51,638 nucleotides of DNA. Origin: Candidatus Moraniibacteriota bacterium (GTDB taxonomy: Bacteria > Patescibacteriota > Minisyncoccia > Moranbacterales > UBA1568). This document shows positions 7,492 through 16,790 of this stretch, in pieces. The translations under genes and the position numbers were made by a program. The DNA lies in contig JBBIRD010000006.1 of the NCBI GenBank assembly GCA_037441965.1, forward strand, positions 1 to 51,638. Direction: 5' to 3'. The notes below the pieces were generated by a model. It was not told the DNA's origin and searched no databases. It saw nothing but the letters and a program-made list of their open reading frames with translations. Numbering within the stretch: position 1 is the stretch's first letter; each line of letters starts with the position of its first letter.

Positions 7492-9006
7492 CTATCGCAA
7501 TGGTTGCGATCCTGTCGCCTTAAGAAACTCAACCTGAGCTTCCCTACGATCAGCGTCTGCCTCACGAATCTTCCCACCAAGCTCGACACGAACGAACGCG
7601 CCAATACTCGTGAGATCCGAAGAAGTGAGTGGTTGGTTCAGATGACTCACGCCAAGTGGTACGCTCAGTTGCGGACCAAACATCAGCCACTTGTCGTAGC
7701 GCACCTCATAGGTCGCTTTTAGCCAATTCTGTTCATCCCAGTTGGTAAATACCCAACCACCGATGAACCGCTGACGCCACTTGTTATCATCAGAAAGCTT
7801 CGTTTCATAGAGGCCAGAGATACCAATGGAACCGCGATCCTGAACAGGCTGACCTGCCCACGAAGAGTTGACTGTTTGTCCAAATGACTTCCAGTACTCA
7901 CCGACAACACCAGCGAGGTCACCCTCTTTGTTCAGTCGCTCGGTATAACCAATGTAGGCACCGAGCTTCTTGCCAGTTTGAGTGAAGTGGTACCCAGATT
8001 CAGGGTTTTCTCCCCAAGATTTATCCCAGAGAAAACGCGCTTTCAGATCAAGTGTCGAAAGATGATTCCGATCATTAACCCAATTACGCTGTACCCCAAA
8101 CTGAGGACCAATGCCGAATTCCTGACCTCTATACGCCGATGTCAGTGAATGTCCTCCACCATACATCGCGTACAGGCCTGGTCCCGCTTGCCATTCGCCA
8201 TTCTGCCAGACATAGCAGATGGTTTCACCGTAGAGCCAACGCCCACGATAAACCTGGTTCGTATAGACACCGGCACCGGCTTGCGCCTCACAGCGAGGTT
8301 TGCTCGCTGTTTCCTCCGTTATATGAAACGGGGAAATGGCTTCTGGCTCTGGTTGTGGTTCTGGTACTGGCTCTGGTTGTGGTTCTTGTTGTATTTTCTC
8401 TGTAACGATTTCAGGCACATCAAGTACCCAATTATTACAATTCCTCACCCAGTGGAGTTTCCTCCCTGTAGAGAGAATGTATGTCCGAGCCAAAACCACG
8501 ACCGAACCCGCTTTCCAAGCAGTGATAACATTTCGCTTAAATGATACTTGACCATTCTTGCAAAATGCCACCGCCTCATAGCGTTCACCAGTCTGCATCA
8601 AAGTGTTCTGATGACTGTTTAGCATCATCATTGCGCGCAGATCCTTCTTCTCACTCTCCGTCAGGCCAAGTTTTACGAAGGCCTCTTCATTGAGCGAGCT
8701 CTCAGACCTCCCACCACAATTGGTAAGAGGTGCACCGCCGACGCGGACCCAGCGGAACACATCAGAAACTGATGTTTTGTTATGAACTTTGACATTCATA
8801 ACAGCAGTCGTCCTGATGAGCTCAAGCCGTTGTCCGACAAAAATTTTCGAGCAGTCTTTCAGGTTATTCACTTGACACACCGCTTTCCAATTCTTGCCGG
8901 CAACCTTGCTCAGTGTATCACCAGCTTTCACCGTGTACACCTCCGCGTTTGCCGTTCCGAAGAAGGCAAACAGCATCGCCAGAAAGGCGATTACTATCTT
9001 TTTCAT
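7492..9006 (-). CDS. Secreted LysM-domain protein with Pro/Glu linker and C-terminal beta-strand-rich (barrel-like) domain
   Basis: Signal peptide ending ANA-E; LysM YTVKAGDTLSKVA...NNL...IFVGQRL; linker QEPQPEPVPEPQPEPE; Gly/aromatic-rich amphipathic strands; AAGGAG SD. Confidence 0.8.
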   Translation of the reverse strand: MKKIVIAFLAMLFAFFGTANAEVYTVKAGDTLSKVAGKNWKAVCQVNNLKDCSKIFVGQRLELIRTTAVMNVKVHNKTSVSDVFRWVRVGGAPLTNCGGRSESSLNEEAFVKLGLTESEKKDLRAMMMLNSHQNTLMQTGERYEAVAFCKNGQVSFKRNVITAWKAGSVVVLARTYILSTGRKLHWVRNCNNWVLDVPEIVTEKIQQEPQPEPVPEPQPEPEAISPFHITEETASKPRCEAQAGAGVYTNQVYRGRWLYGETICYVWQNGEWQAGPGLYAMYGGGHSLTSAYRGQEFGIGPQFGVQRNWVNDRNHLSTLDLKARFLWDKSWGENPESGYHFTQTGKKLGAYIGYTERLNKEGDLAGVVGEYWKSFGQTVNSSWAGQPVQDRGSIGISGLYETKLSDDNKWRQRFIGGWVFTNWDEQNWLKATYEVRYDKWLMFGPQLSVPLGVSHLNQPLTSSDLTSIGAFVRVELGGKIREADADRREAQVEFLKATGSQPLR

Positions 9007-9030
9007 GATATACTCCTTCTTCGGTTGACG

Positions 9031-9058
9031 AAAAAATAGATCACCATACAGTGATCTA
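9031..9058 (-). terminator. Terminator-like hairpin in the leader of the LysM gene
   Basis: TAGATCAC-6 nt-GTGATCTA followed by T6, ending about 25 nt before the ATG. Confidence 0.55.
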
Positions 9059-9180
9059 ACCTACTATCACGCACGGCATCCCCCTTTCTTCTTTGTTAAA
9101 GAAAACGATGATCTGATATAGGTCATCTTGACTATTTTCGATCACTCCACTATCGAAAACAGCTCAAGAAAATCTGTATA

Positions 9181-9807
9181 CTATACTATGTAAAATTCTT
9201 CCTTGATAAGACGCATTACAAAACTCAGAAAGATTCCTATAATCAATCCAACAAGAGTAATAAGCGAAAGGAGTGACGATGAAGGATTTCCTTCCACAAT
9301 CGGACCCGAGAGTAATTGCACTCTTATTTTTTCACTTTCAGTACCAAGAAGCGCATTTCCTTTTTCACTCAGCACAACAATAACCGCTTGAGCAATCTTC
9401 GATACTTCGCGTTCATTGGAACCGGTAAAAGAGATGTTCACGAGACCAAGTTCTGGATTCTTTTTCACAGAGAGCATCTTTGACCATTCCTTCAAACGCA
9501 TTTTTTTATCACGCGGAAGAAAATTCTCATCGACAATACCAGTATCAGTGAGAGCCTTAATAAAACTTTCACTATAAATTACTTCACTCAACACACGACT
9601 CATATATTCTGCAGAGCGTGTTGCGGTATAATAGTCTTGTCCTTCTTGGGAAGAGGAAAGCATAAAATCTACACTTGCCTTATATGGTTCTTGTAGGATA
9701 AAAACTGAAACAATACCAATAACAACGAAAAAAATACCCAGAGAAAATCCTCTCAAGATACTTTCTTTCACAAGAGTCAATAATCCTTTTTTTTGTGTAA
9801 AATCCAT
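9181..9807 (-). CDS. Wzz/CpsC-like polysaccharide chain-length determinant
   Basis: N- and C-terminal TM helices flanking a soluble domain; PYKAS after TM1; Gly-rich TM2; near glycan genes. Confidence 0.65.
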   Translation of the reverse strand: MDFTQKKGLLTLVKESILRGFSLGIFFVVIGIVSVFILQEPYKASVDFMLSSSQEGQDYYTATRSAEYMSRVLSEVIYSESFIKALTDTGIVDENFLPRDKKMRLKEWSKMLSVKKNPELGLVNISFTGSNEREVSKIAQAVIVVLSEKGNALLGTESEKIRVQLLSGPIVEGNPSSSLLSLITLVGLIIGIFLSFVMRLIKEEFYIV

Positions 9808-9858
9808 ATATAAACAACATTAAAAGATAGATTGTTTCCTACAAAGTTGTAACGTACT

Positions 9859-9887
9859 ATTTTACCAAAAAAAGAGAGATATGTCAA
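9859..9887 (-). promoter_or_regulatory. Sigma70-type promoter
   Basis: TTGACA-17 nt-TAAAAT. Confidence 0.7.
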
Positions 9888-9954
9888 GAGGAAAAAACAA
9901 ATAAACCCTTAAATAAAGGGTTTATGAGTAATACAGACGACCAATGTTTATTCT

Positions 9955-11109
9955 CTACAAGAAAAAACGACCGATTTTCTCAAAAATATGGAAATGAGAG
10001 AAATCACGCAGTGTGATAAAGAGCATCAGAAGAAGTAAAAGAATAAATCCGATCTGATGAATCATACCTTCGGTTCTATGACTCACTTTAGAACCTTTGA
10101 TTTTCTCAATCAATACAAATAAAATGCGTCCCCCATCAAGTGCTGGTATTGGAAGAATATTAATAATACCGAGATTGATAGACAGGATAGCTGCAAATTG
10201 AAGAAGATATGAAATCCCAAGATCACTCATTTGTTTTGTCATATACACAATACCAATAGGTCCGGTCACATCAACAGGAGTATTTGTCTGTCCATTACCA
10301 AAGAGCCCTAGAATCATTGTTCCAAAAGCACGAAGAATAGTCGTTGTGATACCATACGTGGTAAGCGCCCCTTGATATATCGCTTCATACCACGGATACG
10401 ATACCAGAGCAGTTTCTGAAAAAGAAATACCGAGACTGCCTTCGTTTTCAGGATATTCGGTACGAGGTGTTCCAGAAAGTACCATTTCCTTGCCAAGACG
10501 ATTGATGGTAATATCTATATTCTTCCCTTTATTATTCAATATCGTTTCTTTGATAGCATCGAGTGTCTTCATTTTCTCCCCAGCAATCATTAAGACCTCA
10601 TCTCCTAACTGCAGTCCCATCGTTTCTGCAGGCGATCCTTTCTTCACTTCCAAAATCTGAATCTTCACATCAGAATATCGCGTAGCTTCTGTCGAATCAA
10701 TAGGTTGCGGAAGTCCAATAGTAAAAACAACCGAGATAAGTATCCATGCTAAAACAAAATTCATAAACACTCCTGCTCCAAGCACTTTCACACGAACCCA
10801 AGCAGATTTATTCCCAAAACTATCCGGGTCTTGATTCTGACCATCCTCACCCTTTATTCTGACGAAACCACCAAGAGGAAGCCAATTGAAAGAATAAATA
10901 GTGTGTGAACTTTCTATATTTTTATCACCCCATACTATTTTATATCGTCCTGTCGTATCATCTTTGTATATACCGCAGATCCGTGGAGGAAAACCAAAAC
11001 CAAATTCATCAGCTTTAATACCGTTTCTCCTCGCAATGATAAAATGTCCAAGTTCGTGAAATAACACGAGTGATGCCAGTACTACCAAAAAAATGAAAAA
11101 TGAAACCAT
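9955..11109 (-). CDS. rseP: RIP metalloprotease RseP (M50, PDZ)
   Basis: HELGH, LPLGGFV, PDZ segment SPA..GLQLGD, NILPIPALDGG. Confidence 0.95.
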   Translation of the reverse strand: MVSFFIFLVVLASLVLFHELGHFIIARRNGIKADEFGFGFPPRICGIYKDDTTGRYKIVWGDKNIESSHTIYSFNWLPLGGFVRIKGEDGQNQDPDSFGNKSAWVRVKVLGAGVFMNFVLAWILISVVFTIGLPQPIDSTEATRYSDVKIQILEVKKGSPAETMGLQLGDEVLMIAGEKMKTLDAIKETILNNKGKNIDITINRLGKEMVLSGTPRTEYPENEGSLGISFSETALVSYPWYEAIYQGALTTYGITTTILRAFGTMILGLFGNGQTNTPVDVTGPIGIVYMTKQMSDLGISYLLQFAAILSINLGIINILPIPALDGGRILFVLIEKIKGSKVSHRTEGMIHQIGFILLLLLMLFITLRDFSHFHIFEKIGRFFL

Positions 11110-11139
11110 AGTGTTAAAAAATAAATGCTAATAACCAAT

Positions 11140-11694
11140 CTAAACCGTCAGAATATCTTTTTCTTTCTTTTCACGAATATCTTCAAGTTTCTTATTATAT
11201 GTATCAACTACTTTTTGCAGTTCATCTTTCCCCTGAAACTTATCATCCTCGCTAATCTCTCCTGATCGTTCCTTGTCCTGAATATCTTTCCAAATACTTT
11301 CGCGTATCGTTCGAATGGTAATACGACTCTCCTCTGCTTTACTATTCAATGTTTTCACAAGATCACGACGACGCTCTTCTGTTAACGCTGGAAGCGTCAA
11401 ACGAAGAGCAATTCCATCATTATTGGGATTCAAACCTAAATCAGATTCACGGATAGCGGTTTCAATAAGAGAAAGACCTCCTTTGTCCCACGGCTGAATA
11501 AGAATCTGACGAGCCTCTGGTATCATAATGTTTGCTATTTGTCGAAGAGGAGTTTTGGTGCCATAATAATCCACCATTAGATTCTCTACTAATCCTGGTT
11601 GTGCTCTCCCTGTACGAATCTTTGATGATTCATTCAAAAAATGTTCAACAGCGTTTTCAAATTCTTTCTGCTTCTCTGCTAGCAATGTTTTCAT
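11140..11694 (-). CDS. frr: Ribosome recycling factor
   Basis: IRTGRA, DYYG, IQPWD, LGLNP, LTEERR motifs. Confidence 0.97.
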   Translation of the reverse strand: MKTLLAEKQKEFENAVEHFLNESSKIRTGRAQPGLVENLMVDYYGTKTPLRQIANIMIPEARQILIQPWDKGGLSLIETAIRESDLGLNPNNDGIALRLTLPALTEERRRDLVKTLNSKAEESRITIRTIRESIWKDIQDKERSGEISEDDKFQGKDELQKVVDTYNKKLEDIREKKEKDILTV

Positions 11695-11713
11695 AAAATC
11701 ATCACATTATATA

Positions 11714-12865
11714 TTATTTAAAATTACGCAATCCCATAAAAAGATATTTTGCATCGAAAGGGTCATAAGTTATAAAAGAAACACCTCGATCCACATTCAA
11801 ACTTGTCGTCATCCAGGTTGCCCCTTCATTTGTTGATTTATAAAATGTTTTCCCTGCTACAAACACAATCTCTTTCGAATTTTGTGGATTCACAGCAATG
11901 GAACGAATAGAAAATTTCTTTGCACTTTCAATAATATTGAGTTCAGTCCAATATTTCCCAAAATCGGCACTTCGATAGAGTCCGTGATTTGTACCTGCAT
12001 ACAACACACCTGAAAGATGCGGATCACTGAGAATCGAAACGATACCGCTCGGCATTGAAGTATTAGCGTTCATTGTAGTTACCTTTTTTTTGATTGTTGA
12101 CGCTTCCTTATTTTTTCTATCTTCCCAATCAATCCACTTCATACCACCATTTTCAGAATAATAAATCTTATCATTGAAAGTCAGAAGATACACAACATCT
12201 TTTTTCGCAACATCAAAAATAATCTCTGCTACTAAACCATTGATAGGAGTTCCAATGTTTTTCCAGGTTTCTCCTCCGTCTGCGCTCTTTAAGACTGTTC
12301 CTGATGCTGTACCAGCAAAGATCACATTGTGATTAAAAGGATATTGAGAAAGAGCAGTAATAGGAATGTTTTGTCCTGGTTCAGTATAGACATCTTTCCA
12401 TGTTACTCCGCCATCGTCAGTCCGAAATATTTTCCCCCAATTATCAACCATACCAGAAGCAAACATACGGTTATCGGGATTATTTTTATCGAGAATAAAA
12501 CTATAAATCTTCTTTGGAGGGAAAGAGATAGGCGTCCATATATCACCACCATCTTCTGTTTTGAAAATACCGCTTTCTACAGAACTCACATACAGAGTCT
12601 TCGGTTGCTTTGGATGATACGCAATAGAGAGAATATCTGCTTTAGTGATATTTGATTTCTCATCAACCTTGGACTTGACAATAAATGTATTACCACCATC
12701 TTCTGTTTTCCATAAACTTCCTGGTAATGTTTTCGTCGAAAATGCACTCGAATCAGGAGAAGCAATTGGTGTACTTGTTTGAGAAGTATTATCATTGCGA
12801 CTATTCAAAGAACATCCGGAAAGAAAAAATACAACTACGAGCAAACCGATAATTTTTTTCTTCAT
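11714..12865 (-). CDS. Lipoprotein with BNR/Asp-box repeats (VPS10/YCF48-like beta-propeller)
   Basis: FLSGC lipobox; repeated (S/T)xDGGxxW motifs. Confidence 0.85.
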   Translation of the reverse strand: MKKKIIGLLVVVFFLSGCSLNSRNDNTSQTSTPIASPDSSAFSTKTLPGSLWKTEDGGNTFIVKSKVDEKSNITKADILSIAYHPKQPKTLYVSSVESGIFKTEDGGDIWTPISFPPKKIYSFILDKNNPDNRMFASGMVDNWGKIFRTDDGGVTWKDVYTEPGQNIPITALSQYPFNHNVIFAGTASGTVLKSADGGETWKNIGTPINGLVAEIIFDVAKKDVVYLLTFNDKIYYSENGGMKWIDWEDRKNKEASTIKKKVTTMNANTSMPSGIVSILSDPHLSGVLYAGTNHGLYRSADFGKYWTELNIIESAKKFSIRSIAVNPQNSKEIVFVAGKTFYKSTNEGATWMTTSLNVDRGVSFITYDPFDAKYLFMGLRNFK

Positions 12866-12969
12866 ACAAAATACATAAAAAATATTTCTTTTATTATAAC
12901 ATATTTCTTATAAAAATGACCAATAAAAAAAGAAGACGAACAAGGAGATTGTTTGTCTTCATTATGAGG

Positions 12970-13042
12970 TGGGTGCGGGGGGAATCGAACCCTCGACCGT
13001 TGGCTTAAAAGGCCACTGCTCTACCGACTGAGCTACGCACCC
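12970..13042 (-). tRNA. tRNA-Lys(TTT)
   Basis: GGGTGCG acceptor stem, AGCTCAGTCGGTAGAGC D-arm, anticodon loop CT-TTT-AA, GGTTCGATTCC T-arm; CCA not encoded. Confidence 0.95.
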
Positions 13043-13072
13043 ATTGAAAATACATTCTTAAAACGTATTTTC

Positions 13073-13101
13073 ATAGTAACAAGAAATACATTCATCGTCA
13101 A
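13073..13101 (-). promoter_or_regulatory. Promoter for tRNA-Lys
   Basis: TTGACG-17 nt-TACTAT. Confidence 0.6.
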
Positions 13102-13118
13102 TACAGAACAAAAGATAA

Positions 13119-14444
13119 TTACTGTCTCACTACTATCTTTTCTTTTCCTACGAAGGATCGCAGTACTTCTGGTATCACTACACTTCCATCAGCTTGTTGA
13201 TAATTCTCAAGAAGAGCAATAAAAATACGAGGGCTCGGCAGAGCAGTATTATTGAGCATATACACATATTTTCTCTCTCCTGTACGCATATCTTTATATT
13301 TCACATTGAGGCGTCTTGATTGCCAATCAAGAAAACTCGATGCAGATCCCGTTTCACCATAACGATTCATTCCTGGCATCCACGCTTCCAAATCAAAAGC
13401 TCGATATTTTCCAGCACTCATATCACCACTACAAATCTGTAATCTTCGATAAGGAAGTCCTAACTCACGATGCATTTCTTCGGAGATCGCAAGCATCTCA
13501 TCTTGCAATGCATCTACTGATGCTCTATCCGCTGTCGCGAGTACGACCTGCTCTACTTTCATAAACTCATGAACACGATACATTCCTTTTGTATCTTTGC
13601 CATAACTTCCAATCTCACTCCGATAACACTGACTATACCCAGCAAGCTTTAATGGTAAATCTTTTTCGTCCAAAACTTCACCTGCGTAATAAGCAAGGAG
13701 TGATGGTTCAGCAGTTCCAACTAAAAATTTCTCCTCCTTATTGAGAGTACCATCAGCGTCTTTGTCAGAAGTTGCAACTTGATACACTTCATCAATACTG
13801 CCATCATACTCCATACCCTTAAAATATCCGCTCCCAAAAAGTGGAAAGTTTTTTACAAGAGTTGGCGGGATCATAGGAGTGTATCCTTTGGACAGAAGTT
13901 TTTGCATCGCATACATCATAAGTCCCATTACCAGTGACACACCTTCATTTTTCAAATAATACCCACGATATCCAGAAACTTTTGCTCCTCGTTCGAGATC
14001 AAGAATATCAAGCATTTTTCCGAGTTCAATATGTGTTCGCGGAGTGAAAGAAAACTCAGGCAAAACACCAAAACGAGCCACTTCAATATTGTCTTCATCA
14101 CTCGAACCGATAGGGGTATCAGGAGAAGTGATGTTTGGTACCTGTGCCATCATCGCAAGATATTCATATTCAATGTTTTCATAAAAAGGTTCTTTCTCAT
14201 CAAGTTTCAGTTTGATCTCTTTCCCTTTTGCGATAATTTCTGCACGCTCTTCTTCTGTTTTTGCTTGATGAATAAGGTCATTGATATCATTCTTCAAAGA
14301 CTTTAATTCCTCTATTTCTGAAAGAAGAGCTCTTCTTTCCACGTCTTTTCCAAGTAAGAGTTCAAGATCAAGAGTGCTTTGTTTATTCTGAATAGCTTCA
14401 ACTATTTTTTCTTTGTTCTCACGAATAAATTGAATATCTAACAT
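13119..14444 (-). CDS. serS: Serine--tRNA ligase
   Basis: MLDIQFIR start, GTAEP, YRSEIGSYGKDTKGMYRVHEF, LNNTA, LLENYQ. Confidence 0.97.
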   Translation of the reverse strand: MLDIQFIRENKEKIVEAIQNKQSTLDLELLLGKDVERRALLSEIEELKSLKNDINDLIHQAKTEEERAEIIAKGKEIKLKLDEKEPFYENIEYEYLAMMAQVPNITSPDTPIGSSDEDNIEVARFGVLPEFSFTPRTHIELGKMLDILDLERGAKVSGYRGYYLKNEGVSLVMGLMMYAMQKLLSKGYTPMIPPTLVKNFPLFGSGYFKGMEYDGSIDEVYQVATSDKDADGTLNKEEKFLVGTAEPSLLAYYAGEVLDEKDLPLKLAGYSQCYRSEIGSYGKDTKGMYRVHEFMKVEQVVLATADRASVDALQDEMLAISEEMHRELGLPYRRLQICSGDMSAGKYRAFDLEAWMPGMNRYGETGSASSFLDWQSRRLNVKYKDMRTGERKYVYMLNNTALPSPRIFIALLENYQQADGSVVIPEVLRSFVGKEKIVVRQ

Positions 14445-14466
14445 ATCATAAATTAAAAAAATAATG

Positions 14467-14539
14467 TGGTCGCTAGTGGATTCGAACCACTGACCCCTGC
14501 AATGTGAATGCAATGCTCTAACCAACTGAGCTAAGCGAC
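14467..14539 (-). tRNA. tRNA-Val(CAC)
   Basis: GGTCGCT acceptor stem, D-arm AGCTCAGTTGGTAGAGC, anticodon loop TT-CAC-AT, GGTTCGAATCC T-arm. Confidence 0.93.
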
Positions 14540-14558
14540 CGATAAAATAACAAAAAAC

Positions 14559-16022
14559 TTATTTTTCTTTCATTTTGAGTGGTGGAAAAATGACTGTCTC
14601 TCGCACAGAACGATTCATCAAAATAGCAAAGAGGCGTTCGCTTAATCCAAACCCACACGCTGGTGGCATACCATATTCAAGTGCCTGGAGAAAATCTTCA
14701 TCAAGCATCATTCCTTCATCATCCCCTGCATCACGAAGTCGCATCTGTTCTTCGAAACGATTTCTCTGATCAATCGGATCATTCAATTCTGCAAAACCAT
14801 TGCCTACCTCACTCGTAGCAACAACAGGTTGAAAACGAAGTGTCCGACGAGGATTTTTTGGATCGATCTTAGCAAGAGGAGAAACTTCTATTGGTTGTCC
14901 GATAAGAAAACAAGGTTGTATCAATTTTTGACGCACAGTCTTTTTGTACAGAGTGTCGATCATTCTTCCTTTACCAGCAGAAGCTTCATATTTGATATGA
15001 AGTTCATCAGCCTTCGCTCTCAATGTTTCAAGAGGAATATCTTTTGATAAATCAAGTCCTGTTTCTTTTGCAAATTCGGTAAAATAGTCTACTCGAGGAA
15101 ATGACTTATTCCAATCGATTGTCTGTCCATCATACTGCGACTGCATAGTATCACCAAGTACTGCACGCGCAACATTTTTATAGAGTTTTTCTGTTAATTC
15201 CATACCTTGTTCCATATTCATATAAGCAGCATAAAACTCCATATGATCAAATTCTTGCAAATGTTCACGATCAACACCTTCATTACGAAAGACACGACCA
15301 ATCTCAAAGACACGCTCGTACCCTCCAACTAAAAGTCGTTTCAGTGGAAGTTCAAGAGAAATACGCAAATAGAAATCCTGATTCAATGCATTGTGATGTG
15401 TAATAAAAGGTCTTGCTTCCGCTCCGCCAGGAATATGTTCAAGTACGGGAGTTTGCACTTCAAGAAAATGTTCATCTACCAATGTTGTACGAATCGTTTG
15501 CCAAAAAATATTTTTCTTCACAAATAATTCACGCGTTTCTTTATGAGAAAGAAGATCAAGATATCGACGACGAAGAAGTTCTTCTTCATCTTTCAATCCA
15601 TAAAACTCTGTCGGAATAGGACGAAGAGATTTTGACAACATCTGCCACAAAGTTACATGGATACTTTTTTCATTTTGTTTTGTAAGGAAAAGTGTCCCAG
15701 TAAGAGAAATAAAATCGCCTGTTTCAACAGTATTTTTGAATAATTGAAATGACTCTTCATCAAGCGTTTCAAGAGAAAAGAATCCCTGTATTTGTTCCGA
15801 ACCATCTTCAATATGACAGAAAGCAATTTTTCCCATTACACGCAATGATCGAATGCGTCCTACCAAAGAAACTCTTTCCTTGGATGCACTCAAAATATCA
15901 AAGGCTTCTATTGCCTCATTGTTCGTATGTGTACGAGTTGCCGTTTCCGGATACGCTAATCCTCTCTTTTCAAGAAGCAGAGCAAGTTTCTCTTTCTTTG
16001 TTGTTAGAATATCTTCGCGCAT
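14559..16022 (-). CDS. lysS: Lysine--tRNA ligase (class II)
   Basis: RRRYLDL, GGAEARPFITHHN, FRNEG, ELNDPIDQ, YGMPP. Confidence 0.97.
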   Translation of the reverse strand: MREDILTTKKEKLALLLEKRGLAYPETATRTHTNNEAIEAFDILSASKERVSLVGRIRSLRVMGKIAFCHIEDGSEQIQGFFSLETLDEESFQLFKNTVETGDFISLTGTLFLTKQNEKSIHVTLWQMLSKSLRPIPTEFYGLKDEEELLRRRYLDLLSHKETRELFVKKNIFWQTIRTTLVDEHFLEVQTPVLEHIPGGAEARPFITHHNALNQDFYLRISLELPLKRLLVGGYERVFEIGRVFRNEGVDREHLQEFDHMEFYAAYMNMEQGMELTEKLYKNVARAVLGDTMQSQYDGQTIDWNKSFPRVDYFTEFAKETGLDLSKDIPLETLRAKADELHIKYEASAGKGRMIDTLYKKTVRQKLIQPCFLIGQPIEVSPLAKIDPKNPRRTLRFQPVVATSEVGNGFAELNDPIDQRNRFEEQMRLRDAGDDEGMMLDEDFLQALEYGMPPACGFGLSERLFAILMNRSVRETVIFPPLKMKEK

Positions 16023-16140
16023 AAAAATCTCCCACTTAAAGAGTTATTTCTCTCCATAAACCTATTGTAACCTATTTGAGGGAAAAGACAAGAAAAAATC
16101 CCGAGTGATCACCCGGGATAGATTTCATTGACATATGAAT

Positions 16141-16596
16141 CTAATGAATAGCAATAATTTCATACAAAAGCTCCCCTGATGGCACCATAACCTTTACTTT
16201 ATCACCCTTCTTTTTACCGATAAACTCTTTTCCTAAAGGTGATTCATTAGATATCTTCCCAGAGGCAGGATCAACCTCATTAGAACCAACAATTTCAAAA
16301 TGAAGTTCTCTTTCTTTGACCTTCACGGTCAATTTTGATCCCATAGCAATCGATGAAACATTTTTTTGTTTCGTGGCTACAACAGAATCTTTCAGCATTG
16401 CTTCAAGTTCTGCAATACGAGATTCATTTTCATTTTGATGGTTTTTCGCTTCGCTATATTCTGCATTCTCAGAAAGATCACCCTGTTCTTTTGCATCTTT
16501 AATAGCAGCAGCAATTTCATGACGCATTTTCGATTTGCGTTCATTCAATTCATCTTGCAATTTTTTCAATCCTTCTTCAGTAAAAATCTTTGCCAT
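16141..16596 (-). CDS. greA: Transcription elongation factor GreA
   Basis: GDLSENAEY and ISNESPLG motifs. Confidence 0.97.
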   Translation of the reverse strand: MAKIFTEEGLKKLQDELNERKSKMRHEIAAAIKDAKEQGDLSENAEYSEAKNHQNENESRIAELEAMLKDSVVATKQKNVSSIAMGSKLTVKVKERELHFEIVGSNEVDPASGKISNESPLGKEFIGKKKGDKVKVMVPSGELLYEIIAIH

Positions 16597-16790
16597 AATT
16601 TTTATATATTGATAAATCAAATTCTATATCTTTTTCAAAAGAAAATCTCCTTTCCGAAAGGAGAAAATTATACCCTAAAGTTTCTACATACTATCAAAAA
16701 TGAGAAAATTGTCAAATATCGTATTTTTTTCTCTCTTTTTTTATTATTTTTTCCCTCTATAAAGGTATTTTTTATAAAATACCTCTTTCT

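Noticed and set aside
8341-8391. 24-bp-period DNA repeat
   Set aside because: Explained by the Pro/Glu/Gln linker of the LysM protein.
1440-9180. Integron cassette array or prophage explaining the cassettes
   Set aside because: No integrase or phage genes and no convincing paired RYYYAAC...GTTRRRY attC sites; most genes have their own promoters.
14445-14525. N-terminal extension of serS in the ORF track
   Set aside because: It overlaps tRNA-Val; the conserved start is MLDIQFIR at 14444.
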